A stretch of 40,552 nt of DNA from a virus. Its lineage: Duplodnaviria; Caudoviricetes. The position numbers were made by a program, and so were the translations under genes. The notes under the pieces were generated by a model. That model was not told the origin of the DNA, ran no database searches, and saw only the letters and a program-made list of their open reading frames with translations. This document shows positions 17,990 through 26,738 of this stretch, one piece after another. Within the stretch, counting starts at the first letter, position 1. Each line of letters opens with the position of its first letter. The stretch covers positions 1 to 40,552 of the IMG/VR virus record IMGVR_UViG_3300009075_000007. The stretch is one strand, 5' to 3'.

Positions 17990-20617
17990 ATGCAGGACAA
18001 GAGTGATGTGCCGCAGGTCGGCAGACCCCGGCTTTTTCCTGTCCCGAGACGGGTGCCCGAGGAGCTTCGGGCTTGGCCGAACTGGGTCAACTGGCGGGCG
18101 GTTGGCGAGCGGCGGCCTGAGGAGGTCAAGTACCGGAAGATCCCGGTCGATCCGAAGAACGGCCGAAACGCGAAGACGAATGATAGCGCGACGTGGGCCA
18201 GCTTCGGCGATGCGGCGGCCTTCTGGAACAGGCACCAGTTCAGCGACGGCGTGCCGGAGAAGTGCGCCGGCATCGGCGTGATCCTCGGTGAGGTGGAGGG
18301 CCTGCACCTCGTCGGGATGGACTTCGACAACTGCGTGCGCGAGGGCGTGCTCGACGCCGACGTCGCCACGATCATCGCCCAGCTGCCGGGCTATGCCGAG
18401 AAGTCGCCCTCGGGCAACGGCGTGAAGGTGTTCTGGTTGACCACGGTCGACCTATCCCACTTGACCCGCGCAGGGCTCGACGCGCAGGGAAGAGGCCGGG
18501 AATTTTACTGCGGATCCCCACGATACTTCGCCGTGACCGGCAGACCGCTGCCGGGCCGGGAAGGTATGGGCGAGGTGGTCGGGCCCGACTGGATGGACGC
18601 GCTCGACGTGCTGGAGCGCTCGATCGAGGACGTCGTCGCGGCCGCCATGGCCGACGTGGTCGGTGCGACGCGCGCGGCAGGGCCACGACTGGCCGCCGTC
18701 GGCGGGCAGGTCGTCGACCCGGAGTTCGCCGACGAGAACGGCGAGGACGCGTTCGCGAAGATGTCCGAGAAGCCGCGCGGCTGGACGCTCGACCGGGTCA
18801 GGAAGGAGCTGCTGACGCAGGTCAGCTCGGACTGCGGATACGAGGACTGGTTCCGCGTCTGCTGTGCCCTGCACCACCACGGGGATGGCAGCGAGGAGTG
18901 GTTCGAGCTGTTCGACGCGTGGAGCCAGAGGGCTGGTGATCGGTACCCGGGCGAGGACGGCCCGAACGGCACCAGAGCGAAGTGGGACTCGGTTGGAGGG
19001 CGGCAGCGCGGGTCGCCGGTGACGCTGGCATCGCTGATGAAGATGGCCAAGACGGCCAACGCGGTCGTGGCGCAGGATGCGATCGCGGAGATCGCCGGCG
19101 CTGCGGATGAGAAGACGTTGCGGGAGATTGCCGACAGGTTGTGTCATCGCGACCTCGACCCGTTCGACCGCGAGAAGGCCGCGAATGCGCTGAAGAAGCG
19201 ATTCAAGGATCTCGGGCAGAGCGTCTCGATCGCGATCGCCCGGGGGATGGTCAAGAAGTCTGGCCCGGTGGCGGCTGCCTCGGTGCTGCCTTGGGCGGCC
19301 GAGCTGGTCTATGTGGTCGACGAGCGGCGCTGGTACGGGCCGCAAGGCGAGAGCTACACGGTGGACTCCCTGATCGCGACGTTCGCGGCTAAGACACCCC
19401 TCCTGCCCCCGCCGGTTTCGGGACGCATATCGCCGATGAAGTACGTCTCGGAGGACGTGGGCGACCACATCCCCAAAGCGCGCTCGCGCCGCTTCAGGCC
19501 CGACATCGACACCCGCCTCTTCGAGGAACACGGCGAGCTGTACCTGAACAGCTACACCGAGAACCTGCACCGGCTGCCGGCGCTGGTCGAGCCGACCCCG
19601 GCCGCGCTGGCCGGCTTCAAGATGATCGAGGATCACCTATCGTGGCTGCTGCCGGCCGAGCGCGAGCGGCGTCTGCTGTGGGACACCCTCTGCTGGATCG
19701 TGCAGAACCCCGGCAAGCTGTTGCGGTGGATGCCGCTGCTGGTCGGCCCGGTCGGGGCCGGCAAGTCGTTCTTCGAGGTGCTGCTGCGCACCGTGCTGAG
19801 CCCGGAGTGGGTGGGGGTGGTCAACCACACCGTCTTCGCCGGCAACTTCAACGGCTGGGCCACCGGCAAGCTGGTGGTGGTTCTGTCGGAGGTTCGCTTC
19901 CCCAGCGACACCAGCCGCTACGCGATGCTCGACAAGCTGAAGCAGCTGGTGACCGACGACACGGTCACGATCGAGGAGAAAGGCGTGGACGCCTACTCGA
20001 CGCTGAACCTCACCAACTACCTCGCCATGTCGAATCACGACGACGCGATCCCGCTGGGCGAGGACAGGCGCAGGGTGATGGTGCTGTCGGTCGACCTCTC
20101 CACGCCCGAGATCGAGGCCCGCAGCAAGGCGGGGTACTTCGAGGCCCTGTTCGGCATCCTGAAGGCGCACCCCGGCGCGCTGCGCCACTGGATGCTGTCG
20201 CACACCGAGGCGCACTGGCACCCGGACTTCGATCCCGGCGGCCGCGCGCCCCACACGCAGGCCCGCGACGACATGGTCGAGGCGACCGAGGATCCGGTCG
20301 TCGAGGAGGTTCGAGAGGCGCTGGCGCAGGGCGGTGACGGGTTCAGCCAAATCGCCGTCGACCTGCCGAAGCTGGTCACTTATCTGGCCCTCCGGCCGGG
20401 CGGAAACAGGCCCCACAGGAACCGGGTGAGGCACGCTTTGAGGGCCATCGGGTACAAGACCTATCAGGAGATTCAGATGAAAGTAGGGGGTCGCGTGGTC
20501 AAGCCTTTAGTTACCTTGGGGGGTCGAGCGAATTTTGAAAAATCACCGGCCGAATTTCGGGAGGAAATTCGTATTTCGTGGAATTCGGAGTTTTTGGGTA
20601 ACAACTTGGACGACTGA
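17990..20617 (+). CDS. Primase-helicase: AEP-like primase, PriCT-2, SF3 (D5/DUF5906-like) helicase
   Basis: 'GMDFD', 'YAEKSPSGNG'; PriCT-2 'YEDWFRV..ALHH...FDAWS...KWDS'; Walker A GPVGAGKS; 'AMSNHDDAI'. Confidence 0.92.
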   Translation: MQDKSDVPQVGRPRLFPVPRRVPEELRAWPNWVNWRAVGERRPEEVKYRKIPVDPKNGRNAKTNDSATWASFGDAAAFWNRHQFSDGVPEKCAGIGVILGEVEGLHLVGMDFDNCVREGVLDADVATIIAQLPGYAEKSPSGNGVKVFWLTTVDLSHLTRAGLDAQGRGREFYCGSPRYFAVTGRPLPGREGMGEVVGPDWMDALDVLERSIEDVVAAAMADVVGATRAAGPRLAAVGGQVVDPEFADENGEDAFAKMSEKPRGWTLDRVRKELLTQVSSDCGYEDWFRVCCALHHHGDGSEEWFELFDAWSQRAGDRYPGEDGPNGTRAKWDSVGGRQRGSPVTLASLMKMAKTANAVVAQDAIAEIAGAADEKTLREIADRLCHRDLDPFDREKAANALKKRFKDLGQSVSIAIARGMVKKSGPVAAASVLPWAAELVYVVDERRWYGPQGESYTVDSLIATFAAKTPLLPPPVSGRISPMKYVSEDVGDHIPKARSRRFRPDIDTRLFEEHGELYLNSYTENLHRLPALVEPTPAALAGFKMIEDHLSWLLPAERERRLLWDTLCWIVQNPGKLLRWMPLLVGPVGAGKSFFEVLLRTVLSPEWVGVVNHTVFAGNFNGWATGKLVVVLSEVRFPSDTSRYAMLDKLKQLVTDDTVTIEEKGVDAYSTLNLTNYLAMSNHDDAIPLGEDRRRVMVLSVDLSTPEIEARSKAGYFEALFGILKAHPGALRHWMLSHTEAHWHPDFDPGGRAPHTQARDDMVEATEDPVVEEVREALAQGGDGFSQIAVDLPKLVTYLALRPGGNRPHRNRVRHALRAIGYKTYQEIQMKVGGRVVKPLVTLGGRANFEKSPAEFREEIRISWNSEFLGNNLDD

Positions 20618-20833
20618 GAGGGAGTTGGAGAGGCTAGATACCTTTTAGTTACCTGCCTTTTCTCCTCTCATACACCCCTAAAGGTAACTAAGGTAACTAG
20701 GTAACTAAAAAAGTATAGTAGACCGCAGAGGATATATAAAAATTAATTCAATGATAATTAAATGAATTTTCAAAAACATATGTCCCCCGTGGTACCTATG
20801 AACCAGACCCCAATAGTTACCTTTTTAGTTACC
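20506..20833. other. Putative replication origin: seven TAGTTACC/GGTAACTA iterons around an AT-rich core
   Basis: TAGTTACC near 20508, 20646, 20814, 20826; GGTAACTA near 20683, 20692, 20700; AT-rich tract about 20732-20781. Confidence 0.75.
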
Positions 20834-20855
20834 CGCCCCGTGGAGCCCTCGCGAC

Positions 20856-21167
20856 ATGCGTGAGTCAGAACTAGAAACGTACCTCGATCAACAGGCCCGA
20901 GCGCTGGACGGGCGGGCGGTCAAGATCGTCAGCCCGGCGCTGGACGGGTGGCCCGATCGCGTCCTCGTGCTGCCGTACCTGCCGGCGATCTGGATCGAGC
21001 TGAAGAAGCCCGAGGTGGGCCCGGCGGGGGTCACGCCCCGGCAGCAGTACTGGCTCGACTGGCTGGCCGACCGTGGCCAGTTCACGGCCGTCGTCTGGAC
21101 GAAGGAGGGGGTCGACGCGGTGATCGACATGGCCAAGCGCTGGATCTGGCCGGGAGGCAAGGCATGA
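20856..21167 (+). CDS. VRR-NUC domain nuclease
   Basis: 'MRESELE...GWPDRVLV...WIELK...Q..W'. Confidence 0.9.
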   Translation: MRESELETYLDQQARALDGRAVKIVSPALDGWPDRVLVLPYLPAIWIELKKPEVGPAGVTPRQQYWLDWLADRGQFTAVVWTKEGVDAVIDMAKRWIWPGGKA

Positions 21168-22606
21168 AGTACGAGCCGAGGGACTACCAGCGCACGGCGC
21201 AGCAGTTCGTCGTCGACAACCCGCGATGCGCGCTCTGGCTGGACATGGGGCTGGGCAAGACGGCGGCCACGGCCAGCGCGATCCTCGACCTGCTGGATCG
21301 GGTCGAGGTGACGAAGGCCCTGATCGTGGCACCGAAGCGGGTCGCCAACCGGACATGGCCACTGGAGCTGCGGAAGTGGGATCACCTGCGGGGCCTGCGT
21401 TGGCGGGTGCTGGAGGCGGAGCTGTTCGGGCTCACGCCGAAGGTGACGCTGGGCCGCCGGCGCGGCCTCGAAGTGCGCGACCCGGCGCTGTCGCGCCAAC
21501 GCCTGCAGGCGGCGATCGCCAGCGCCGACATGCTGATCGTCTCGATCGACTTCTTCGGCTGGCTGGTGAGGCTGCTGGGGCAGAAGCGGTGGCCGTTCGA
21601 CATGATCGTTCTGGACGAGTCGTCGCTGGTCAAGGAGCGCGACACCGAGCGTTTCAAGGCCTTCCGGCATGTCTGCGCGGCCAGCGCGCGCTTCGTCGAG
21701 CTGACCGGCACGCCGGCCACGCAGGGGCTGATGGGCCTCTGGTCGCAGGCCTACCTGCTCGATCAGGGTACGAGGCTAGGCAGAACCCTCACCTCGTTTC
21801 GGGATCGCTGGTTCGTTCCCGACAAGCGCGGGCAGGGGATGATCGTCTACAGCTACAAGCCGAGGGCAGGGGCCCGCGAAGAGATCGCGGAGCTGCTGCG
21901 CGACATCACCCTGTCGATGTCGGCCGAGGACTGGCTGAGCCTGCCCGAGCGAATCGACAACCTCATCGGCGTGGATCTGCCGGCCGACGTGCGGCGTCTG
22001 TACGACGAGATGGAGCGCACGGGCATCGCCGAGGTCGGCATCAACGGCGAGCGGGCGATGGCCGCCAACGCTGCGGTGGTCGTCGGCAAGCTGGTGCAGG
22101 TCGCCAGCGGGGCGGTGTTCGACGATCAGGGGGTGGCGCACGTCGTCCATGACGAGAAGATGGCCGCCCTCGAAGAGCTGGCCGACGCGACCGACGGGAA
22201 CCTGCTGGTCTTCTACGGCTACAAGGCCGACCGCGAGCGGCTGCTGGCCCGCTTCCCCTTCGCCCGTTCGATCGACGACGCGGGCGTCCTCGATGCGTGG
22301 GACAAGGGGCAGGTGAGGATGATGGTCGCGCACCCGGGCAGCGCCGGGCATGGGCTGAACCTGCAGGAGGGCGGCGACACGGTCGTCTGGTACACCGTGC
22401 CGCACTCGGCCGAGCTCTACCGGCAGGCCAACCGGCGACTGCACCGGCCCGGCCAGACCAGCGACCGGGTCGTGGTCAACCACCTGATCGCGACCGGGAC
22501 GATCGACGAGGAAATCCTGACGAGTGTGCAAGGGAAGGTCGGTGCCGAGCAGAGCCTGATGGATCTGCTGAAGGCGAGGGCTGCGAAAATCAACGCTGGG
22601 GCCTGA
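21164..22606 (+). CDS. SNF2-family helicase
   Basis: 'LDMGLGKT', 'LDESS', 'LTGTP', 'GHGLNLQ', 'QANRRLHRPGQ'; ATG 21164 overlaps VRR-NUC stop. Confidence 0.93.
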   Translation: MKYEPRDYQRTAQQFVVDNPRCALWLDMGLGKTAATASAILDLLDRVEVTKALIVAPKRVANRTWPLELRKWDHLRGLRWRVLEAELFGLTPKVTLGRRRGLEVRDPALSRQRLQAAIASADMLIVSIDFFGWLVRLLGQKRWPFDMIVLDESSLVKERDTERFKAFRHVCAASARFVELTGTPATQGLMGLWSQAYLLDQGTRLGRTLTSFRDRWFVPDKRGQGMIVYSYKPRAGAREEIAELLRDITLSMSAEDWLSLPERIDNLIGVDLPADVRRLYDEMERTGIAEVGINGERAMAANAAVVVGKLVQVASGAVFDDQGVAHVVHDEKMAALEELADATDGNLLVFYGYKADRERLLARFPFARSIDDAGVLDAWDKGQVRMMVAHPGSAGHGLNLQEGGDTVVWYTVPHSAELYRQANRRLHRPGQTSDRVVVNHLIATGTIDEEILTSVQGKVGAEQSLMDLLKARAAKINAGA

Positions 22607-22718
22607 AATCGGGCGCTGGCGAGGTTTTTGGGGAGGGGCCTTTGTGATGACCTTAGCCGCCGCTGTGCGCGCGCCACGGGCCTGCAATTCTTTGCTGTCA
22701 ATCCTGACATCTGTAACG

Positions 22719-22750
22719 AAAAAAGGGGAGCCGGCTCGCGCCGGCCCCCC
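22719..22750 (-). terminator. Rho-independent terminator closing the leftward early operon
   Basis: Minus strand GGGGGGCCGGC-GCGA-GCCGGCTCCCC followed by T6. Confidence 0.85.
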
Positions 22751-22752
22751 GT

Positions 22753-22968
22753 TCATTTGTCCAGCTCCAGCATCAACGCGTCGGCCAGTGCGACGCCGAT
22801 TTGGGCGAGCTTGTCCTGCTGGCCCGTACTGGTGGGCCAACAGTTCCCCACACCGGCGATCAGGCCTGCGGTCAGGTGGATGGCCGCATACTCGCGGCAG
22901 GTCAGCCCGTCGTCGCCCTCGACGTGAGGGTTCGGGAAGGCCGCGAAGTCACTCTTGCCGCGTCTCAT
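22753..22968 (-). CDS. Conserved small phage protein (AFP...GLTxREYAA...ADAL family)
   Basis: Recognisable motif; RBS AAGGAGG; ATGA overlap. Confidence 0.8.
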   Translation of the reverse strand: MRRGKSDFAAFPNPHVEGDDGLTCREYAAIHLTAGLIAGVGNCWPTSTGQQDKLAQIGVALADALMLELDK

Positions 22969-23393
22969 GCTTCCTCCTTGTGCCGGAATCCGGCTTTGAC
23001 GACCTGACCACAGGTCGGGCAGATGGGTTTGCGCCGGCGCGACGCGGCGAACTTGTAGACCGCAGAAGGGGAGACGTTGAACTTCGCGCCGGCGTCTCGC
23101 CCGGACGCGTCCGGGTGCTGCTCCCACCACTCGAACGCGCGCCGGGTGCGGAACTCCTCCTCTGCCTCTGGCGCTGCCTTCGACCACCAGCCGACCCGCT
23201 TCGCACCCTCCGCCGGCGGCACGTCCAGATCGTCAGGCACCTTGGTGTCGGCGTCGAAGATCTGGACGATGCAGCGGTCGGCGACCTTCCAGATGACCAG
23301 CCCTGCAGCGTCATCGGCTTCGAGCTCGACGGCGGCCCTCGCGCGCTGCCTCGGCGGCAGTACGTTCAGAAGTTTTTCGAGCATGGCGGTCAC
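22965..23393 (-). CDS. HTH plus CxxC hypothetical protein
   Basis: 'SGRDAGAKFNVSPSAVYK' then 'CPTCGQ'; start 23393 (GTG) or 23384. Confidence 0.7.
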   Translation of the reverse strand: MTAMLEKLLNVLPPRQRARAAVELEADDAAGLVIWKVADRCIVQIFDADTKVPDDLDVPPAEGAKRVGWWSKAAPEAEEEFRTRRAFEWWEQHPDASGRDAGAKFNVSPSAVYKFAASRRRKPICPTCGQVVKAGFRHKEEA

Positions 23394-23482
23394 CCCCAGA
23401 TCCAGATCGCCAGCACGACCGCCGACAGGATGATGGCCAGTGCGCGGGCGGGCGGCCGCGCGGATTGTTCGTCAGCGGACAT
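23390..23482 (-). CDS. 30-aa membrane peptide (absent from ORF track)
   Basis: MSADEQSARPPARALAIILSAVVLAIWIWG; RBS GGAGG; GTGA overlap. Confidence 0.6.
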   Translation of the reverse strand: MSADEQSARPPARALAIILSAVVLAIWIWG

Positions 23483-23606
23483 AGACCCTCCAAAGGGCGG
23501 CGAGGTGTTCGAGCAGGTCTTCGTCGGACGCGACGACCGTGAACAGGTAGACGAGGATCACGACCGTGACGACGGTCAGGATCCAGTCACTCAGATTTTG
23601 GGGCAT
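23472..23606 (-). CDS. 44-aa membrane peptide (absent from ORF track)
   Basis: MPQNLSDWILTVVTVVILVYLFTVVASDEDLLEHL...; RBS AAGGAG. Confidence 0.65.
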   Translation of the reverse strand: MPQNLSDWILTVVTVVILVYLFTVVASDEDLLEHLAALWRVYVR

Positions 23607-23817
23607 CCCCCTTCTCCTTGTTTTGCTCGCGTCGTAGCAGCGAGCGACAGTTGAGCAGCGCGCGCGGGTCGCTGGGGGTCGTCGGCACGATCACGATCGC
23701 GCCACCGTGCGGGGCGTAGCAGTGGAAATGCCGCGCCCCGCGCTCGACCCGCCAGCCGGCGGCCTTGAACTCCTTCAGCAGGCGCGCGACGTCACGGTCG
23801 CTCGCCTTCGAGGTCAT
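23587..23817 (-). CDS. HicA-like toxin/RNase-fold protein
   Basis: 'GWRVERGARHFHCYAPHGGAIVIVPTTPSDPRALLN'; 76 aa; ATGA overlap. Confidence 0.7.
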   Translation of the reverse strand: MTSKASDRDVARLLKEFKAAGWRVERGARHFHCYAPHGGAIVIVPTTPSDPRALLNCRSLLRREQNKEKGDAPKSE

Positions 23818-24110
23818 GATGTCTTGCGAGCCGAGACCCGCACCATGTCGTACGGAGCACCGTGCTTGGTGTGCGCCGCAACCAGCTGCCTGCTGGGCTC
23901 GAACTTGGCCGCGATCGACTGCCAGTCGATCGTTGCGCGGCCGTCGCAGTGCGAGATGGCAGCCCGGTACGTCGCACCCTCGACGACGGGCAGGCCCGAG
24001 TCGATGAGCAGCGATTCGAGTGCTTCCTGATCGGCCTTCAGCGAGGCGATCGTGGCCTTGATCTGGCCGATGCGGTCGACTGCGACCGCGAGGGGAAGGG
24101 TCATGTCCAT
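23814..24110 (-). CDS. Conserved phage hypothetical protein with N-terminal coiled coil
   Basis: 'VDRIGQIKATIASLK...EG..YRA.IS...DWQSIA...PSRQLVAAHT'; RBS GGAG. Confidence 0.8.
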   Translation of the reverse strand: MDMTLPLAVAVDRIGQIKATIASLKADQEALESLLIDSGLPVVEGATYRAAISHCDGRATIDWQSIAAKFEPSRQLVAAHTKHGAPYDMVRVSARKTS

Positions 24111-24150
24111 TGTGTCTCTCCAGACTGTTCGCCGCGAGTGACGCGGTCGT

Positions 24151-24202
24151 TGGACTCATCAGTGCAGGGACTACCTGCAGACCGGCTCGCGCCGGTTTCG
24201 GC
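24151..24202 (-). ncRNA. Type II hammerhead ribozyme HH1
   Basis: GCC GAAA CCGGC-GCGA-GCCGG UC^ UGCAGG-UAGUC-CCUGCA CUGAUGA GUC; predicted cut 24180/24179; stem II has a mismatch. Confidence 0.88.
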
Positions 24203-24751
24203 TTAGAAAATCTTGTCTTCGCGGTTGACCGGCACGTCCCATGTCTTGCATAGCGCGCTCACCTTGGCGACAAGGAAGTCGAGCTTCGCCGACACGGTCA
24301 CGAGCTCCGCCTCCTGCGCCTTCAGCGCCGCCTGCAGCGCCTCGAACCGCTGGGTGGCGACAAGGCTGCGGCCGGCCTCTTCCACCCATTGAACGGGGAG
24401 CGGCTTGGGCGCAGGCGTCGGTGCCTGCACTCGGGCAGCCCGTTCGCGCCGCTTCGTTTCCAAGGCGTAGCGGGTGCGCTGGGCGTTCGATCGCGAGAGG
24501 GCGGACTCGAATGCCCTGTCGCCGAAGAGCGTGATGACGTGCCGTCGATTGGCGAAAGCGACCGTCCCGTCCTTCGTCTCCAGAACGCGGGTCAGCTGGA
24601 TCCCGTACCGCTCCGCGAACGCGACCGGATCGCGCGCCACGTTGGTGTGCCCGAGCGCCTTGCGGATTTGTCGGATCGTCACTTCCGATTTTTCGTCTGG
24701 CCTGCCGTCGAGGTGCTCGTCGAGGACTTCCAAGAACATGTCGAGGTTCAT
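24203..24751 (-). CDS. Hypothetical protein with C-terminal coiled coil
   Basis: ATG 24751 (MNLDMFLEV) overlaps upstream TGA. Confidence 0.75.
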   Translation of the reverse strand: MNLDMFLEVLDEHLDGRPDEKSEVTIRQIRKALGHTNVARDPVAFAERYGIQLTRVLETKDGTVAFANRRHVITLFGDRAFESALSRSNAQRTRYALETKRRERAARVQAPTPAPKPLPVQWVEEAGRSLVATQRFEALQAALKAQEAELVTVSAKLDFLVAKVSALCKTWDVPVNREDKIF

Positions 24752-24966
24752 GTCGTTTCCCCTTGCGCCAACGGCACGTTGCGCCCGTCGACGAAACGGT
24801 AGTTGACCGGCGCGTCGGTCTCGACGACGCCCGTGTCGATGACCGCCATCCAGCGGCCCATCAACTCGTCGGCCGAGGCCTGCGCCTCTTCGCGGGTCGC
24901 GAACACGAGCGCGTTGGTGTACAGCTTGCCAGTGCTGTCCGTTGAAACACCGGGTTTGAAGTTCAT
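24748..24966 (-). CDS. Conserved small phage protein
   Basis: 'NALVFATREEA...RW..V...VVETDAPVNY'; RBS GGAG; start 24966 or 24969. Confidence 0.75.
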   Translation of the reverse strand: MNFKPGVSTDSTGKLYTNALVFATREEAQASADELMGRWMAVIDTGVVETDAPVNYRFVDGRNVPLAQGETT

Positions 24967-25004
24967 CATCAGCTCCATCAGGTTGACCGCGAGTGACGCG
25001 GCTT

Positions 25005-25055
25005 TGCATCATCAGTGCAGGCACTACCTGCAGACCGGCTTGCGCCGGTTTCGCG
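25005..25055 (-). ncRNA. Type II hammerhead ribozyme HH2
   Basis: CGC GAAA CCGGC-GCAA-GCCGG UC^ UGCAGG-UAGUG-CCUGCA CUGAUGA U GC; predicted cut 25033/25032. Confidence 0.88.
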
Positions 25056-25589
25056 TTATTCGACGACCTTCCAGCCGCCGGGCAGCCCGTTGCCCCACGA
25101 GGAGCAGCGCTCGAAGCGGGTCGACCGGCTGCCGTCGGCCTTCAGCAGACGCACGACGAGGGTGCCCGGAGTAGGCAGGCCCCATTTCTTGTTGCTTGGC
25201 ACCGGGTCGCCTTCGACGAAGACCTCGACGATGCCGTAGAGGTTGCGGATGCTGTAGCCGCCGGCGCGTGCGAAGACCTTCTTGCCGACCATCGGGTGGC
25301 CGTTGGCGACCTCAAGGCGGGCCTTGCGAGCGAGATCCCATGCCTCGCTCATCTCCTGCTTCTGCGCGTCTATGCGACTTTTGTACGTGGCGTTGACTTC
25401 GGCCTCGACGGCGCGACTCGTGATGCCGATCTGCTCTCGCAGCGCATCCATTTGCCGGTTCAGATTTTCGAGCCGGGCGCGGGATAGAACGTCGTAGTGC
25501 TCCCTGCGTTCGCTTTGAAGGGCCTGCAACGCTCGATACGCGGCGCGGGCTTTATCCTCCAACTCGGTAACTTCTTCGGGGGTGAACAT
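25056..25589 (-). CDS. Hypothetical protein (coiled coil plus beta domain)
   Basis: RBS GGAGAGG; sits exactly between HH4 and HH2. Confidence 0.8.
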   Translation of the reverse strand: MFTPEEVTELEDKARAAYRALQALQSERREHYDVLSRARLENLNRQMDALREQIGITSRAVEAEVNATYKSRIDAQKQEMSEAWDLARKARLEVANGHPMVGKKVFARAGGYSIRNLYGIVEVFVEGDPVPSNKKWGLPTPGTLVVRLLKADGSRSTRFERCSSWGNGLPGGWKVVE

Positions 25590-25613
25590 GATTGCCTCTC
25601 CAGTTGATTGCGT

Positions 25614-25730
25614 CCCATACCCTCCCCTCGGCGGTCACACAGGGCGGGGTTGTTCGCCGCCATGCGCCCAGTCGCCACGATGGGATTCAGGAGAGGGTTT
25701 CGGCCCGTCGCCACGGGCCTCGTCAGTGGG
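25614..25730 (-). ncRNA. Type I hammerhead ribozyme HH4 with 60-nt insert in stem III
   Basis: CCCA CUGACGA GGCCCGU-GGCG-ACGGGCC GAAA CCCUCUCCU-(60 nt)-AGGGGAGGG UA^ UGGG; predicted cut 25618/25617. Confidence 0.85.
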
Positions 25731-26738
25731 TCAGTCGAGCAGCGCCAAGGCAGCCTTGAACGCTTCGGTCTTCAGCGCGTCGCCGGCACCGAACTCGGCG
25801 CTGTCCATCCGGTTGTCCGGGCTGCGCGAGCGCTGGTAGTGGTCGACGTACTCGGTCACGCCGTTCACCAGCCCCCACGCGGTGCCGGCCACGCCGGGCA
25901 GGTTCGCACCGCGACCCTTGCCGCCGAACAGCGCGAGCACGGTCTGGTAGCCGATCGAGTCGACGACCTTGCTGTTGCGAACGATCTGCGCCGCGTTCTG
26001 CGGTGCCGCGACTCCGCCCATCAGCTGCAGCGTCAGCAGCTGCGCCTCCTCCGGGCTGATCTCGCGCTTGGCCAGCTCGCGCGCCTGCGCCATGAAGCGA
26101 GCGAAGGCGACCGGCGCGACGCCGAGCTGGCGCTTGACCTTCGCCTCGTCGAACACGCTGCGGTGGCTCACCTTGACCATCGAACCGTTGGTCTCCTGCA
26201 TCGCAAACCCGAGCGTGTTCGAGCAGACGACGCGCTCGCTCACGCCCTTGGCGATCGTGTTCATCGAACCGTCGCACGCGGTCGCCAGCAGCAGCCGCGC
26301 GCCAACGAAGTCGTTCCGCACGACGTTGTCGCCAGCGCCAACATCGGCCTGCGCCCAGAACTTCTTGCCCCCGTGCAGCACGCCCGCCGTGGTCATCCTG
26401 AACCCCGCCTCGCGGATCAGGTCGGCGAAGAAGCTCAGCACCTCGCGCGGCTGAACGACCTGAAACGAGTCGCTGACGACCGCGAGCGGGGCCTTGGTGT
26501 CCGAGCGAAGCAGGACGTGGTAATCAGGCCAGACGGTCGGCGCGGCGACGTCTTCGCGCGAGGTGGCGAACCGCACCTTGCTGCGCTGGATCGTCCAGTC
26601 CATCCCGGCGGCCTTCTCCCAGACTTCGATCGGGGCATCGTCGGGCATCGCCTCGCCGAGGCCGTGCCAGATCGCGTTGCGGTCGCCGGTGAATGCCATC
26701 GCGGCGCGGCCCTTGGAAAAATCGATTGCGTGTGCCAT
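25731..26738 (-). CDS. DUF932 (TIGR03299-like) phage/plasmid protein
   Basis: 'WHGLG...AGMDW', 'VQPREV', 'TAGVLHGGKKFW', 'CDGS', 'RVVCSNTL', 'GTAWGLVNGVTEYVDH'. Confidence 0.92.
   Translation of the reverse strand: MAHAIDFSKGRAAMAFTGDRNAIWHGLGEAMPDDAPIEVWEKAAGMDWTIQRSKVRFATSREDVAAPTVWPDYHVLLRSDTKAPLAVVSDSFQVVQPREVLSFFADLIREAGFRMTTAGVLHGGKKFWAQADVGAGDNVVRNDFVGARLLLATACDGSMNTIAKGVSERVVCSNTLGFAMQETNGSMVKVSHRSVFDEAKVKRQLGVAPVAFARFMAQARELAKREISPEEAQLLTLQLMGGVAAPQNAAQIVRNSKVVDSIGYQTVLALFGGKGRGANLPGVAGTAWGLVNGVTEYVDHYQRSRSPDNRMDSAEFGAGDALKTEAFKAALALLD

Noticed and set aside
20948-21163. N-terminal extension of the SNF2 helicase
   Set aside because: Overlaps VRR-NUC in another frame; ATG 21164 has RBS GGGAGG and ATGA coupling.
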